Assembly: GCA_963708135.1 (NCBI GenBank)
Contig: OY970192.1
Span: forward strand, 3,488,001 to 3,552,000
Direction of reading: 5' to 3'
DNA length: 64,000 nucleotides
Source of the DNA: an uncultured Gemmatimonadales bacterium
Lineage (GTDB): Bacteria > Gemmatimonadota > Gemmatimonadetes > Longimicrobiales > RSA9
The position numbers and the translations under genes are program-made. Under the pieces are notes generated by a model that saw nothing but the letters and a program-made list of their open reading frames with translations, was not told the origin of the DNA and did no database searches. This document shows positions 1 to 12,355 of the stretch, piece by piece. Numbering within the stretch: the stretch's first letter is position 1; every line of letters begins with the position of its first letter.

Positions 1-156
1 GTCACGCCATTGATCTCCACACGCGGAGGCGGAGCGATGCACGTCGGAGCGGCAGTGCAGGCGGCAGCGGCAGGCATACCTCGAGCGCGCCGGAGCCCCG
101 GCTCCCGAGGGCGTACGGCCGGGGCCGGACGCCGGCGCCACGCGCGCGGAGGTGTG

Positions 157-3100
157 ATGGCCTTCGCCGCCGCCCTCGCGCTGGGCGGGGCACTCGCCCC
201 CCTGCTGCGTCCCACCCCGCTTCCCGCCCAGCAGGTGCCCGCCGCGCTCTACTCCGGCCTGCGCTGGCGAAACATCGGCCCGTTCCAGGGCGGCCGGGTG
301 GAGGCCGTGGCGGGCGTGCCCGGCAACGCCTCGACCTTCTACTTCGGCGCCGTGAACGGCGGCGTCTGGAAGACCGTGGACGCGGGGCAGACCTGGACGC
401 CGAGCTGGAAGGGCCCCGGCGTCCAGACCATCGGCGCGCTGGCCGTCGCGCCGTCGGACCCCAACGTGGTCTACGCCGGCACCGGCGAGCCGGATCCTCG
501 CACGGACCTGGCCTCCGGCGACGGCGTCTACCGCTCGACCGACGCGGGCCACACCTGGACCCACATCGGGCTGGACGGCAGCCACCAGATCGCGCGCATC
601 CTGGTGGACCCACGCGACCCGGACCGCATCCTCGTGGCGGCGGAGGGCAGTGTGTTCGCCCCGGGCTCAGATCGCGGCGTCTATCGCTCGGCCGACGGCG
701 GCGCGAGCTGGCGGAAGGTGCTCTTCGTGAACGACAGCACGGGCGCCATCGACCTGGCCATGGACCGCATGAACCCGCGCATCGTCTACGCGGCGATGTG
801 GCAGGTCAGGCGCACGCCGTGGTCGCTCGTGGACGGCGGCCCCGGCAGCGGGCTATACCGCTCCGTCGATGGCGGCGAGCACTGGTCGAAGCTCGAGGGG
901 CACGGATTGCCCGCCGGCGTCTGGGGCAGGACCGCCGTCTCCGTCGGCGCGGATGGGCGCCGCACGTATGCCCTGATCAACGCGCACGATGGCGGGCTCT
1001 ACCGCTCCGACGACGCCGGCGAGAGCTGGCGGCTCGTAAACGCCGACCAGCGCATCCGGCAGCGGCCGTGGTACTACTTCCAGGTGAAGGCGGACCCGCG
1101 CGATCCCACGACCGTCTACCTGCTGAACTTCCACATGTGGCGCTCGAGCGATGGGGGGGCGAGCATCGCCCGCCTCGACCCGCCGCACGTGGACAACCAC
1201 GCGCTCTGGATCGATCCCGGCGCGCCCGAGCGCATGATCGAGGGCAACGACGGCGGCGCCACCATCTCCCTCGACGGCGGCGAGCACTGGAGCACGGAAT
1301 CCAACCAGCCGACGGCCCAGATCTACCACGTGGCCACGGACGGCCAGGTGCCCTACCGCGTCTATGGTGCGCAGCAGGACCGCGGCACCTACTCGATCGC
1401 AAGCGCGGTGAGCCGCGGCGGGATCGGCGAGCAGGACTGGTATGACGTCGCCGGAGGCGAGAGCGGCTACGTGCTCCCCGTCCCCGGCGCGCCCGATACC
1501 GTCTTCGCCGGTTCCTACTTCGGCGACCTCACGCGCTGGAGCCGCCCGGCGGGCGAGGCGCAGGACGTGACGCCGTGGCCGGAGAACACCGAGGGGTACC
1601 CGGCCTCCACCGTGAGGTACCGCTTCAGCTGGACCAGCCCGCTGGCCTTCGACCCGCACGAGCCGTACACGCTCTACTCCGGCTCGCAGCTCCTGCTGAA
1701 GTCAATGGACGGGGGGCGCAGCTGGAGCGCGATCTCTCCGGACCTGACCCGCAACGACACCACGAAGCAGCGCCTCTCCGGCGGCCCCGTCACGCTCGAC
1801 AACGTGGGCGCCGAGTACTACGACGTGATCTACGCCATCGCGCCCTCGCCCGTTGCGCGCGGCCAGATCTGGGTGGGCACGGATGACGGGCTGATCCAGC
1901 TGACGCGGGATGCCGGGGCCGCGTGGACGAACGTCACGCCGAAGGCGCTCCCGGCCTGGGCGCACGTCGAGGGGATCGATGCGTCCACCAGGGACGCGGG
2001 GACCGCGTACGCCGCCGTGAACGCACACATGAGCGGGGACGACGCGCCGTACGTCTTCCGCACGCACGACGGCGGCAAGAGCTGGAAGCTCGTCGCGAAC
2101 GGGCTCCACGGCCCCATCTACTTCGTGCGCGAGGACCCGGCCCGGCGGGGGCTCGTCTACGCCGGCGGGGATGGCGGCGTCTTCGTCTCCTTCGATGACG
2201 GCGAGCACTGGCAGTCGCTCGAGCTGAACCTGCCGCCCACCTCGATGCGTGACCTGGCCGTCCACGGCAACGACCTCGTGCTGGCCACGCACGGGCGCGG
2301 CTTCTGGATCCTGGACGATGCCACCCCGCTCCGCCAGGCGACGGCGGCGCTCGCCGATTCCGCGGCCTACCTCTTCCATCCGGCGGATGCCATGCGCTCC
2401 CCGCTCGGCGGTGGCCCGCGAGACGCCACGGCGACGGCGGGCGCGAACGCCCCCGGCGGAGCCATCATCGACTACTACCTGAGGTCCACGCCCGCGGGCC
2501 CGATCACGCTCGAGGTGCTGGACTCCGCCGGGGCCGTGGTCGACCGCATGTCGAGCCGGAAGGGCGTGGACGGGCGCGACACCATCCCGGCAAAGGCGGG
2601 ACTCGACCGCGTGGTCTGGAACCTCGGCTACGCGCCGCCACCGCCGCTCCGCGTGCCCGGCGGCCCGATCTTCGAGGCGGGCGGGCCGACCACGCCGAAG
2701 GTCCTGCCCGGCCGCTACACTGTGCGGCTCACGGTCGATGGCAGGGCCTACGCGCGCCCGCTCACGGTGGGCCTCGATCCGCGCATCACCGCCACGCCCG
2801 CGGACCTCGCCGCCCAGCTCGACCTCATGAGCAAGATCGAGCAGGCGCTCACCGAGGACCACGAGGCCTTCAACCAGATCGCCGGGCTACGGCAGCAGCT
2901 CCAGGGGATCGGCGAGCGGCTGCCCGGCGAGGTGGGGATGGCGGAAGTCGTGGACTCGGTGCACGCGCTGGACGTGCGCGCCGATTCGCTGTCCACGCAC
3001 TTCTTCCAGTACCGCGCGAAGGCCGCCAAGTGGCTGTTCATGAACTACCCGATCCAGCTGAACGCAAAGCTGGTCGGGCTCGAGAGCTCCGTCGGCGGCT

Positions 3101-3273
3101 CCGACGACGCCCCCACACGGCAGGACCTGGCCGTCTATCAGTCGCTGCGCCGCCAGCTCGACGCGCGCCTGGCGGAATGGCGCGAGATGCAGCAGCGGGA
3201 TGTCGCGGCGCTGAACGCTCTCATGGGCGACAAGGGAATCGCGCCGGTCTACGTGGGAAACGCCGGGCCATAG
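157..3273 (+). CDS. VPS10/sortilin-like BNR-repeat beta-propeller protein (putative secreted glycosyl hydrolase)
   Basis: Many SxDGGxxW Asp-box repeats, WRNIGP..GGRV N-terminus and a signal-peptide-like stretch; ATG 157 follows GGAGGT (upstream ATG 37 also possible). Confidence 0.85.
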   Translation: MAFAAALALGGALAPLLRPTPLPAQQVPAALYSGLRWRNIGPFQGGRVEAVAGVPGNASTFYFGAVNGGVWKTVDAGQTWTPSWKGPGVQTIGALAVAPSDPNVVYAGTGEPDPRTDLASGDGVYRSTDAGHTWTHIGLDGSHQIARILVDPRDPDRILVAAEGSVFAPGSDRGVYRSADGGASWRKVLFVNDSTGAIDLAMDRMNPRIVYAAMWQVRRTPWSLVDGGPGSGLYRSVDGGEHWSKLEGHGLPAGVWGRTAVSVGADGRRTYALINAHDGGLYRSDDAGESWRLVNADQRIRQRPWYYFQVKADPRDPTTVYLLNFHMWRSSDGGASIARLDPPHVDNHALWIDPGAPERMIEGNDGGATISLDGGEHWSTESNQPTAQIYHVATDGQVPYRVYGAQQDRGTYSIASAVSRGGIGEQDWYDVAGGESGYVLPVPGAPDTVFAGSYFGDLTRWSRPAGEAQDVTPWPENTEGYPASTVRYRFSWTSPLAFDPHEPYTLYSGSQLLLKSMDGGRSWSAISPDLTRNDTTKQRLSGGPVTLDNVGAEYYDVIYAIAPSPVARGQIWVGTDDGLIQLTRDAGAAWTNVTPKALPAWAHVEGIDASTRDAGTAYAAVNAHMSGDDAPYVFRTHDGGKSWKLVANGLHGPIYFVREDPARRGLVYAGGDGGVFVSFDDGEHWQSLELNLPPTSMRDLAVHGNDLVLATHGRGFWILDDATPLRQATAALADSAAYLFHPADAMRSPLGGGPRDATATAGANAPGGAIIDYYLRSTPAGPITLEVLDSAGAVVDRMSSRKGVDGRDTIPAKAGLDRVVWNLGYAPPPPLRVPGGPIFEAGGPTTPKVLPGRYTVRLTVDGRAYARPLTVGLDPRITATPADLAAQLDLMSKIEQALTEDHEAFNQIAGLRQQLQGIGERLPGEVGMAEVVDSVHALDVRADSLSTHFFQYRAKAAKWLFMNYPIQLNAKLVGLESSVGGSDDAPTRQDLAVYQSLRRQLDARLAEWREMQQRDVAALNALMGDKGIAPVYVGNAGP

Positions 3274-3358
3274 GCCACCGACCTCGCTGCGCGCCCCGCG
3301 CCGCCCCGACGGCGGGCCGGGCGCGCGCCGGACGGGCCGGATCTCCAACGGAGGACGC

Positions 3359-4465
3359 ATGGACGAGGATCGCACGGGAGTCGATTCACCGGGCGCGGCG
3401 CCGGCCGGCGTGGCGAGCGTCGCCATCGAGGTGCCGATGGGGCGGACGCCGGCCTTCGAGGCGGTGGTCGAGGAGCTCGGCCACGCGCTCGAGCGGCTGG
3501 GGGGTGCGCTCGAGCCCGGACGGGCCGGGCGGGTCACGCTGGCCGGTGCGGAGGTGGGGCGGGTCGTCGCCTGGCAGGAGGGCGAGTCGGTCGAGCTCCG
3601 CTGGTCGCCGGCGTCGTGGGAGCCGGCCCGGACCGGTGAGCTGCGGATCCGTGCGGAGGCGGTCGCGGGCGGCGCGCGGGTGACGCTCGAGCAGCGCGGC
3701 TGGCTCGGGCTGCTGGGGAGACCGGCCGAAGTGGCGGGGTGGTTCGCCTCGGCGGTGGGGGCCCCATTCCTCACGGCGGCATCGCCCGGCCCGCTCGGCG
3801 CGTGGATCACGGATCGTCGCGCGCGGCGGCCGTCGGGGGCGGAGTCGCGCGCGGTCTACGCGAATCCGCTCTATCACCGGCCGATGTTCGGGGCCATGCT
3901 CGCGGAGCTCTCGCTGAGCCCTGCCGACAGGCTGCTGGACGTGGGCTGCGGCGGCGGCGCGTTTCTGACGGATGCGCTGCGGAGTGGCTGCCGCGCGGCC
4001 GGCATCGACCACAGCCCGGAGATGGTGAGGGTCGCCCGCGAAGTGAACGCGGGCGCGGTCGCGGCGGGGCGCCTCGAGGTCCGCGAGGCGTCAGCCGATG
4101 CGATTCCATTCCCCGACGACACATTCACCTGCGCGACCATGCACGGCGTGCTCGGGTTTCTGGCGGATCCCGTGGCGGTGCTGGCCGAGATGCGCAGGGT
4201 GCTCGCGCCGGGCGGCCGCCTGATGGCGCTCGGCAGCGATCCGGCCCTGCGCGGCACCCCGGCGGCGCCGGAGCCGATGGCGTCGCACCTCCGGTTCTAC
4301 GAGAGCGCCGAGCTGCTCGAGCTCGCCCGCCGGGCCGGCTTCGGCGATGCGCGCGTGGAGCCGCGTCCGGTGGAGCGGTACGCGCGGGAAGCCGGCGTGC
4401 CGGAGGAGCATCTCGCGATGTTCGCGGGTGTCGGGCCGGAGTTCCTGCTGGCACGGAAGGGCTGA
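3359..4465 (+). CDS. Class I SAM-dependent methyltransferase with N-terminal SRPBCC/Aha1-like domain
   Basis: LLDVGCGGG and GIDHSPEM motifs; N-terminal ..RVTLEQRGW resembles SRPBCC; RBS GGAGG. Confidence 0.75.
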   Translation: MDEDRTGVDSPGAAPAGVASVAIEVPMGRTPAFEAVVEELGHALERLGGALEPGRAGRVTLAGAEVGRVVAWQEGESVELRWSPASWEPARTGELRIRAEAVAGGARVTLEQRGWLGLLGRPAEVAGWFASAVGAPFLTAASPGPLGAWITDRRARRPSGAESRAVYANPLYHRPMFGAMLAELSLSPADRLLDVGCGGGAFLTDALRSGCRAAGIDHSPEMVRVAREVNAGAVAAGRLEVREASADAIPFPDDTFTCATMHGVLGFLADPVAVLAEMRRVLAPGGRLMALGSDPALRGTPAAPEPMASHLRFYESAELLELARRAGFGDARVEPRPVERYAREAGVPEEHLAMFAGVGPEFLLARKG

Positions 4466-4583
4466 GGCCGGGCGGGGCCGAGGCGGGCGGCGGCCCCCGG
4501 GCCGGGCTCCACGGCGCCCGCGTTGTCGATCGTGCCCGGCACCGACCGCGATGAAATGCCGCCTCAGGAGAAAGGGATCAGGG

Positions 4584-5147
4584 ATGCGCGACAGAGCTCA
4601 TCGCCCGATCGCGGGCGTGCTTTCGCTGGTCGGACTGGTGGCCGCGGCGCCGCTGTCGGCGCAGCGGCTGGCGCCACAGCGTTTCGTCCTCGCGCGGCGC
4701 CAGCAGGTGGAGCGGAAGCTCCGGGCCGACAGCGTGGTGGGCCCCGAGCCGTACTACGTGGGGATGACCATCGGCGGCGTCAGCGGCGCGGTATTGGGGA
4801 TGCTCACGGGCGGCAGCGTGGGCGCGTTGCTCGATCGTGACCCCGACGGCGGGCTCACCTGGGGGATCGCGATCGGCGCCCTGGCCGGTAGCGCCGTGGT
4901 CGCGCCTCTGTTCGTGCACCTGGCCAATCACGGCCACGGCTCGCTGACGGGGGAGGTGGCGGCGGCGGCGCTCGTCGGGGGAGCCGGTCTCGCGCTCGCG
5001 TCGTCGCTGCACGGCGACCGCCCGGATCCGGGACTGATCGCCTTCGCGCTGACCCCGCTCGCGCAGGTCATCGTCTCGGAGATCATCGAGGCGCGGGCCC
5101 AACGCGCGGCGGCTTCCGCTCCCGTGCCGAAGCGGGATCCGAGGTGA
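4584..5147 (+). CDS. Hypothetical membrane protein with signal peptide and Gly-rich TM helices
   Basis: Signal-like N-terminus ending PLSAQ and several hydrophobic segments. Confidence 0.6.
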   Translation: MRDRAHRPIAGVLSLVGLVAAAPLSAQRLAPQRFVLARRQQVERKLRADSVVGPEPYYVGMTIGGVSGAVLGMLTGGSVGALLDRDPDGGLTWGIAIGALAGSAVVAPLFVHLANHGHGSLTGEVAAAALVGGAGLALASSLHGDRPDPGLIAFALTPLAQVIVSEIIEARAQRAAASAPVPKRDPR

Positions 5148-5203
5148 CGCGATAGCCTCCCGATCCCGCCGGTCCGCGAGATTGCGATGCCGAGGTCCCG
5201 CCC

Positions 5204-7180
<1,977 letters not shown>

Positions 7181-7290
7181 TCAGAAATCGAGCCTTCTAC
7201 TACTACCCCCGCCCCTGCGCCGTGTGCCCGCGTGCCAATGGATTTCGTGGCCCGCCCGGCGAACCGGACCGGCGCGGGTTTTTCCGCAAT

Positions 7291-7599
7291 TCAACCGTCG
7301 CCCATCACGAACCGGATCTGCCGGATCCGCCCCCGCTCCCGCCCTTCGTTCAGCCGCCGGAGGATCTCCGCCTCCATGAGGCGCAGCTCCATCAGCCAGG
7401 CGCTCGAGCGCACCGCCACCAGCAGCGTCCCATCCGAGACCCTGAGCGGCTTGGCGACGTCGGCGATGCCGGCTCCGACGCGCTCCGCCCACTGCGGCAC
7501 CACGCTGGCCGCCGCGAGCTTCTCCGCCAGCCCCGAGCCGGCCAGATAGCCTTCGAGCGCCTCCTCCAGCGGAGTCGGCCCCTTCCGCCTGCCGCTCAC
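7291..7599 (-). CDS. dciA: DUF721/DciA-family protein
   Basis: W..VG.GIA..AKP..V.DG.L.VAV.SSAW pattern; typical position between recF and gyrB; GTG start overlaps recF stop. Confidence 0.8.
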   Translation of the reverse strand: MSGRRKGPTPLEEALEGYLAGSGLAEKLAAASVVPQWAERVGAGIADVAKPLRVSDGTLLVAVRSSAWLMELRLMEAEILRRLNEGRERGRIRQIRFVMGDG

Positions 7600-8750
7600 G
7601 TGCTCACCTCTCCCCCCGCGATGCGCCAGTGCTCGAGCGAGCCGTGGCGCAGCTCGAGGTCCGTGGCCTTCGGCGCCGTCAGGAGCACCTGCCCGCGCTC
7701 CTCCTCCTCGAGCAGCTCCAGGATCCGCCGCGAGCGGCCGGGATCCAGCTCCGCGAACACGTCGTCCAGCAGGACCAGCGGCTCCCGGCCGCGTGCCTCC
7801 CGGATCGTTGCCGCCTCGACCATCCGCAGCGCGATGGCCGCCGTGCGCTGCTGCCCGCCCGAGCCGTAGTCGCGGAGCGGCGTATCCTCGCCGGCCGCGT
7901 CCAGGTGGAAGGCGAGGTCGTCGCGGTGCGGCCCGACGATGGTCATCCCGCGCTCCCGCTCGCGCGACCCCACCCGGGCCAGCTCCGCCTCGAGCGCGGC
8001 GGCCGCCGCCCCCGCCTCCGGCACCCCGCCGCCCGGCGGCAGCGGCACGGCCGGCTCGTAGGCGAGCCGCGCTCCCTGGCCGCCGGCTATGGCCGCGTAG
8101 CGCCGGCGGAACCCCTCCTCGTGTGCCGCCACCCAGTCCGCGCGCTCTGCGATGAGGCGTCCACCCCACTCGACCAGCCCGGCGTCCCAGGCCGACAGCA
8201 GCGCCGCGGGCGCGCCGTCGCGCAGCATCGCGTTCCGTTGCTTCAGGATCTGACGGTAGCGCTGCAGCGCGCCCAGGTATCCCGGTCGGTTGAGCGAGAG
8301 AACGATGTCCAGGAAGCGGCGCCGCTCGCCGGGCGAGCCGGAGATGAGCGTCACGTCCGACGGCGAGAAGATGACCGCACCGACCCGCCCGAGGGCGTCC
8401 CCGAGCCGCTCCGGCTCCGCGCCATCGAAGGCGACCCGCTTCCGGCGCGTCCGCCTCTCGAACCCGGCGGCGAGCTCGTGCTCCCCGTCCGCTCCATCGC
8501 GCATGGCGAGCTGGCCGCGGACGAAGAAGGCATCGGCGCCGAAGCGGACGAGCTGCTCGTCCGGCGCGCCGCGGAAGGAGCGGAAGATCTCGAGGTAGTA
8601 GACCGCCTCGAGGAGATTGGTCTTCCCGGCTCCGTTCTCCCCGATGAGGGCCACGCCGGCCGCGGGAAGCGCCAGGTCGAGCGCCTCGAAGTTGCGGAAC
8701 TGGCGCAGGCGCAACATGCGGCACGCCACGGACGCGGGGGCGGTGCTCAT
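7596..8750 (-). CDS. recF: DNA replication and repair protein RecF
   Basis: FRNF, GENGAGKTNLLEA, ERRRFLD, GPHRDDL, GSGGQQR, LLDDVFAELD. Confidence 0.97.
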   Translation of the reverse strand: MSTAPASVACRMLRLRQFRNFEALDLALPAAGVALIGENGAGKTNLLEAVYYLEIFRSFRGAPDEQLVRFGADAFFVRGQLAMRDGADGEHELAAGFERRTRRKRVAFDGAEPERLGDALGRVGAVIFSPSDVTLISGSPGERRRFLDIVLSLNRPGYLGALQRYRQILKQRNAMLRDGAPAALLSAWDAGLVEWGGRLIAERADWVAAHEEGFRRRYAAIAGGQGARLAYEPAVPLPPGGGVPEAGAAAAALEAELARVGSRERERGMTIVGPHRDDLAFHLDAAGEDTPLRDYGSGGQQRTAAIALRMVEAATIREARGREPLVLLDDVFAELDPGRSRRILELLEEEERGQVLLTAPKATDLELRHGSLEHWRIAGGEVST

Positions 8751-8830
8751 CGGTACCTGCAATCTAGCCCGCGCGCGCGCGCGAGGCCAGCCATGATCCC
8801 GACTGGTCCCGGACCCGCACTCGCACCCGA

Positions 8831-9619
8831 TCAGCGGCCCCTGAACTCCGCCTTCCGCTTCTCCAGGAAAGCGCCCATCCCCTCTCTCATGTCCTCTGTG
8901 GCGGCGAGGAGGCCGAAGAGGTCGGCCTCGTGGCGGAGCGCGTCCTCGGTGGTGGCGTGGTAGGCGAAGTCCACGGCCTCGATCGCGAGGCGGAGGGCGA
9001 TCGGCCCGTTGCCGAGGATGGTGCGGAGCATGCCCCGGGCGGCCTCCAGCAGCTCCGGCTGCGGCACCACCTGGTTGACGAGGCCGATTCGGTGCGCCTC
9101 GGCCGCGTCGATCATGGCGCCGGAGAGGATCATCTCGAGGGCGCGGCCGCGCCCGACCAGGCGCGGCAGGCGCACGGTCCCGCCGTAGCCCGGGATGATC
9201 CCGAGCTTCACCTCCGGCAGCCCGAAGCGGGCGTTCTCCGACGCGAGGCGCAGATGGCACGCGAGCGCCAGCTCGAGCCCGCCGCCGAGCGCGAAGCCGT
9301 TCACCGCGGCCACCACGGGCTTGCCCATGGTCTCCAGGAAGCGGAACGCATCCTGGCCCGCGCGCGAGACGCCGATCCCGTCGATCGGGCCCATGCGCGC
9401 CAGCTCGGCGATGTCGGCGCCGGCGACGAAGGCCTTCTCTCCCGCGCCGGTCACGAGGATGCCGCCCACGTCGGCATCCGCGGCCAGCGCGCGGAAGGCG
9501 GCGTCCAGCTCGGCCACGGTGTCGGCGTTGAGCGCGTTCAGCTTGTCGGGACGGTTCACCGTGACGACGGCGATCCCGTCATCCATCCCGACGTCGAGGA
9601 AATCGTAGGTGTCGGCCAT
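8831..9619 (-). CDS. Enoyl-CoA hydratase/crotonase
   Basis: NRPDKLNAL, AFVAGADI, GGGLELALAC, PEVKLGIIPGYGG. Confidence 0.93.
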   Translation of the reverse strand: MADTYDFLDVGMDDGIAVVTVNRPDKLNALNADTVAELDAAFRALAADADVGGILVTGAGEKAFVAGADIAELARMGPIDGIGVSRAGQDAFRFLETMGKPVVAAVNGFALGGGLELALACHLRLASENARFGLPEVKLGIIPGYGGTVRLPRLVGRGRALEMILSGAMIDAAEAHRIGLVNQVVPQPELLEAARGMLRTILGNGPIALRLAIEAVDFAYHATTEDALRHEADLFGLLAATEDMREGMGAFLEKRKAEFRGR

Positions 9620-9709
9620 GAGGGTGCGGCGGTGAGGGTGGCGGTGGGCCGCGGCGCGGCCGCCGCGAATAATAGGGCGGCCACGGCAGGCGCGGCAAAC
9701 CGCAGTGCC

Positions 9710-12355
9710 CTATCGCCCCCCGCCCCTGCCCCGGACCGCGCCCTCCACGAGCCGGTCCGGATCGAGGAAGCGGCGCGCGGCCGATCGAACCGCCTCCGCG
9801 TCAACCGCCCGGATCTCCGCCTCGTACACGCGCAGATCCTCGAGGCCTCGCCCCAGGAGCAGCGCGCCGGCCAGATCGCGCAGCTGTGCGCCGTTCGTCT
9901 GCGCCCGGATCTGCCACGCGCCGATCGTGTAGCGGCGAGCCCGCTCGAGCTCGGCCTCCGTGACGAGCTCCTCGCGCAGCTCGCGCACCCCCGCGAGCAG
10001 CCCCTCCCTCGCCTCCGCCTCCCGCTCGGGGGAGGTCGCGATGTAGCCGACGAACGCGCCCGCCAGCCAGCGGGCGATCGGGTACGCCGTGACCGTGTAC
10101 GCCAGGGAGCGGCGGCCGCGCAGCTCCTCGAAGAAGCGCCCGCCCAGCCCGCTCACCACGTTCGACAGCACGCGCATCGCCGGCAGCTCGGGATCGTTCC
10201 GCGCCGGACCGGGGAATCCCATCATGAGCGCCGTCTGCGCCTTCTCCCGCCCGGCCGCGCGCTCGACCGGCGCAGCCGGCCAGGACGCGCGTGGCGGAGC
10301 CGGCCGGTCCGCCCCCCCTCTGATCCCGCCCAGCACGGCTCCCACCACCGCGGCCGCCCGCTCCGGCTCGACGTCCCCGACCACGAGCACCATCGGGTGG
10401 CCGCCGAGCACCTCCGCCTCGTGCCAGCGCACGAGGTCCTCTGTGGTGAAGCGCGCGAGCGCCGCCTCCGCCGCCTCCAGCGAGGCGCCGTAGGGATGTG
10501 GGCCGAACGCGGCCTCGAGGAAGAGGCGGGCCGGATACTGGAACATGTCGTCGCGCGAGCGCTCCAGCTCGCTCGCCATGACGCCGCGCTCGCGATCGAC
10601 CTCCGCCGCGGGGAAGGTCGGGTGGAGCACGGGATCCGCGAGCAGCGGCAGCGCCCGCTCGAAGTGTCGCGCGGGCACGGACAGCCCCCAGCTCGTGAGG
10701 TCCGCGCCGACCGCCGCGGAGATGGACCCGCCGAGCGACTCCGTCGCCGCCGCGAGCTCCGCGCCGGAGCGGGTCTCGGTGCCCTTGAGCGAGACGCGGG
10801 CGAGGAGCGCGGTGAGCCCCGTGTCGTCGGGCGTCTCGGCCAGGGAGCCGCCCCGCAGCGTGATCGACATCGAGACCAGCGCCGCGGACCGCCGGGGCCG
10901 GACGACGAGCGGCGTCCCGCCCTCGAGCTCGTAGAAGTGGACGCCATCCGCGAGCCGGCCGGCGCGCGCCGTAGAGGCCTGAGCCGCGGCCGGCGCAACG
11001 GCGGGCGCGGGCGGCGCGGGGGCCGCGACGGACGCCGCCGGCCTCGCCGCCGCCTTCGCGAGCAGCGCGTGCAGCGCGTCGCCCGTCCAGCCGAGCGGCT
11101 CGGCATCGTTCGGGCGGTAGACGAGGACGGTGGCATCGTCGAGGCGGAGGTGGCGGGCGGCCACGCGGCGGAGGTCGTCCTCCGTCGTCGCCATGACGCG
11201 CTCGAGGTACGAGTCGGCCAGGCGCCACTCCCCGAGCGCCTGCCAGTGGGCGATCAGGCTGGCCTGGCCCTCGACGGTCTCCGTGCGCCGGAGCATACGG
11301 GCCTCGAGGACGTTGCGGGCGCGCTCGAGCTCCGCCTCCGGCACGCCTTCGCGCACCGCCGCCACCTCGCCGGCGATCGCCTCGAGCGCCTCGGTGACGC
11401 GGGCATGCGGCAGCTCCGCGCCCACGCCGAAGACGCCGATCTCGGTGGGCGTGAAGTTCTGCGCGCCCACGGCGGTGACGAGCCCCGCCTCCCGGACGCC
11501 GCGGTAGAGGCGGGAGGCGCGGCCCTGCCCGAGCACCACCGCGAGCAGGTCGAGCGCAGGCGTGTCGGGGTCCAGCGTGCCGGGGGAGCGCCAGCCCCAC
11601 TCCGCATAGTCGTCCACGATGTCGCCGGAGATCTCGCGGAACCGGAATCCCCGCCTCTGCGGCTCCTCTGGCGCCGGCGCACGGGCGGGGACGCCGGCGG
11701 GCATGTCGCCGTAGTGCCGCTCGATGAGGGCGAGCGCAGCGTCCGGATCGACGTCGCCCGCCACCACCAGCACGAGGTTGGAGGGGTGGTAGAGCGCGCG
11801 GTAATAGTTCCAGACGTCCGCCCGCGTGAGGCGGGAGAGCGCCTCCTCCGTGCCGATCCGCCTGCGACGCATGCGGTGGACGTCGAACATCTCCTCGTAG
11901 AGCGTCTCGGTGGCCACGGCGGAGGGGTTGTCGAGCTTGCGCCGTGCCTCCTGGATGATGACCAGCAGCTCCCTCTGCAGCTCCTCCGCGTCGAGCTGCG
12001 AGTGGCGCAGCGCGTCCGCCTGGATGTCGAGGCCCATGGGCAGCGAGGAGGCGGGAAGAACCGTGTAGTAGCTCGTGTAGTCGTAGCTGGTGGACGCGTT
12101 GAGGTAGCCGCCGGCCGCCTTCGTCGCCTGGGCGATCTCGCCCACGCCGCGCCGCTCCGTCCCCTTGAAGTACATGTGCTCGAGCACGTGGCTGATCCCC
12201 ACGATCTCGTCTGGCTCGTCGAAGTAGCCCGCCCGCACGTGGGTCACGATGGCGACGACGGGCGCCGAATGATCCTCGCGCACGACCGCCACGAGGCCGT
12301 TCTTCAGGGTGCGTCGATGGGTGGGGAGTCGGGAGAGGAAGCTGCCGCCCGTCAT
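9710..12355 (-). CDS. M16 (pitrilysin-family) zinc peptidase, fused two-half form
   Basis: Intact HXXEH (HVLEHMYFKG) in the N-half; second half lacks the motif. Confidence 0.92.
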   Translation of the reverse strand: MTGGSFLSRLPTHRRTLKNGLVAVVREDHSAPVVAIVTHVRAGYFDEPDEIVGISHVLEHMYFKGTERRGVGEIAQATKAAGGYLNASTSYDYTSYYTVLPASSLPMGLDIQADALRHSQLDAEELQRELLVIIQEARRKLDNPSAVATETLYEEMFDVHRMRRRRIGTEEALSRLTRADVWNYYRALYHPSNLVLVVAGDVDPDAALALIERHYGDMPAGVPARAPAPEEPQRRGFRFREISGDIVDDYAEWGWRSPGTLDPDTPALDLLAVVLGQGRASRLYRGVREAGLVTAVGAQNFTPTEIGVFGVGAELPHARVTEALEAIAGEVAAVREGVPEAELERARNVLEARMLRRTETVEGQASLIAHWQALGEWRLADSYLERVMATTEDDLRRVAARHLRLDDATVLVYRPNDAEPLGWTGDALHALLAKAAARPAASVAAPAPPAPAVAPAAAQASTARAGRLADGVHFYELEGGTPLVVRPRRSAALVSMSITLRGGSLAETPDDTGLTALLARVSLKGTETRSGAELAAATESLGGSISAAVGADLTSWGLSVPARHFERALPLLADPVLHPTFPAAEVDRERGVMASELERSRDDMFQYPARLFLEAAFGPHPYGASLEAAEAALARFTTEDLVRWHEAEVLGGHPMVLVVGDVEPERAAAVVGAVLGGIRGGADRPAPPRASWPAAPVERAAGREKAQTALMMGFPGPARNDPELPAMRVLSNVVSGLGGRFFEELRGRRSLAYTVTAYPIARWLAGAFVGYIATSPEREAEAREGLLAGVRELREELVTEAELERARRYTIGAWQIRAQTNGAQLRDLAGALLLGRGLEDLRVYEAEIRAVDAEAVRSAARRFLDPDRLVEGAVRGRGGGR

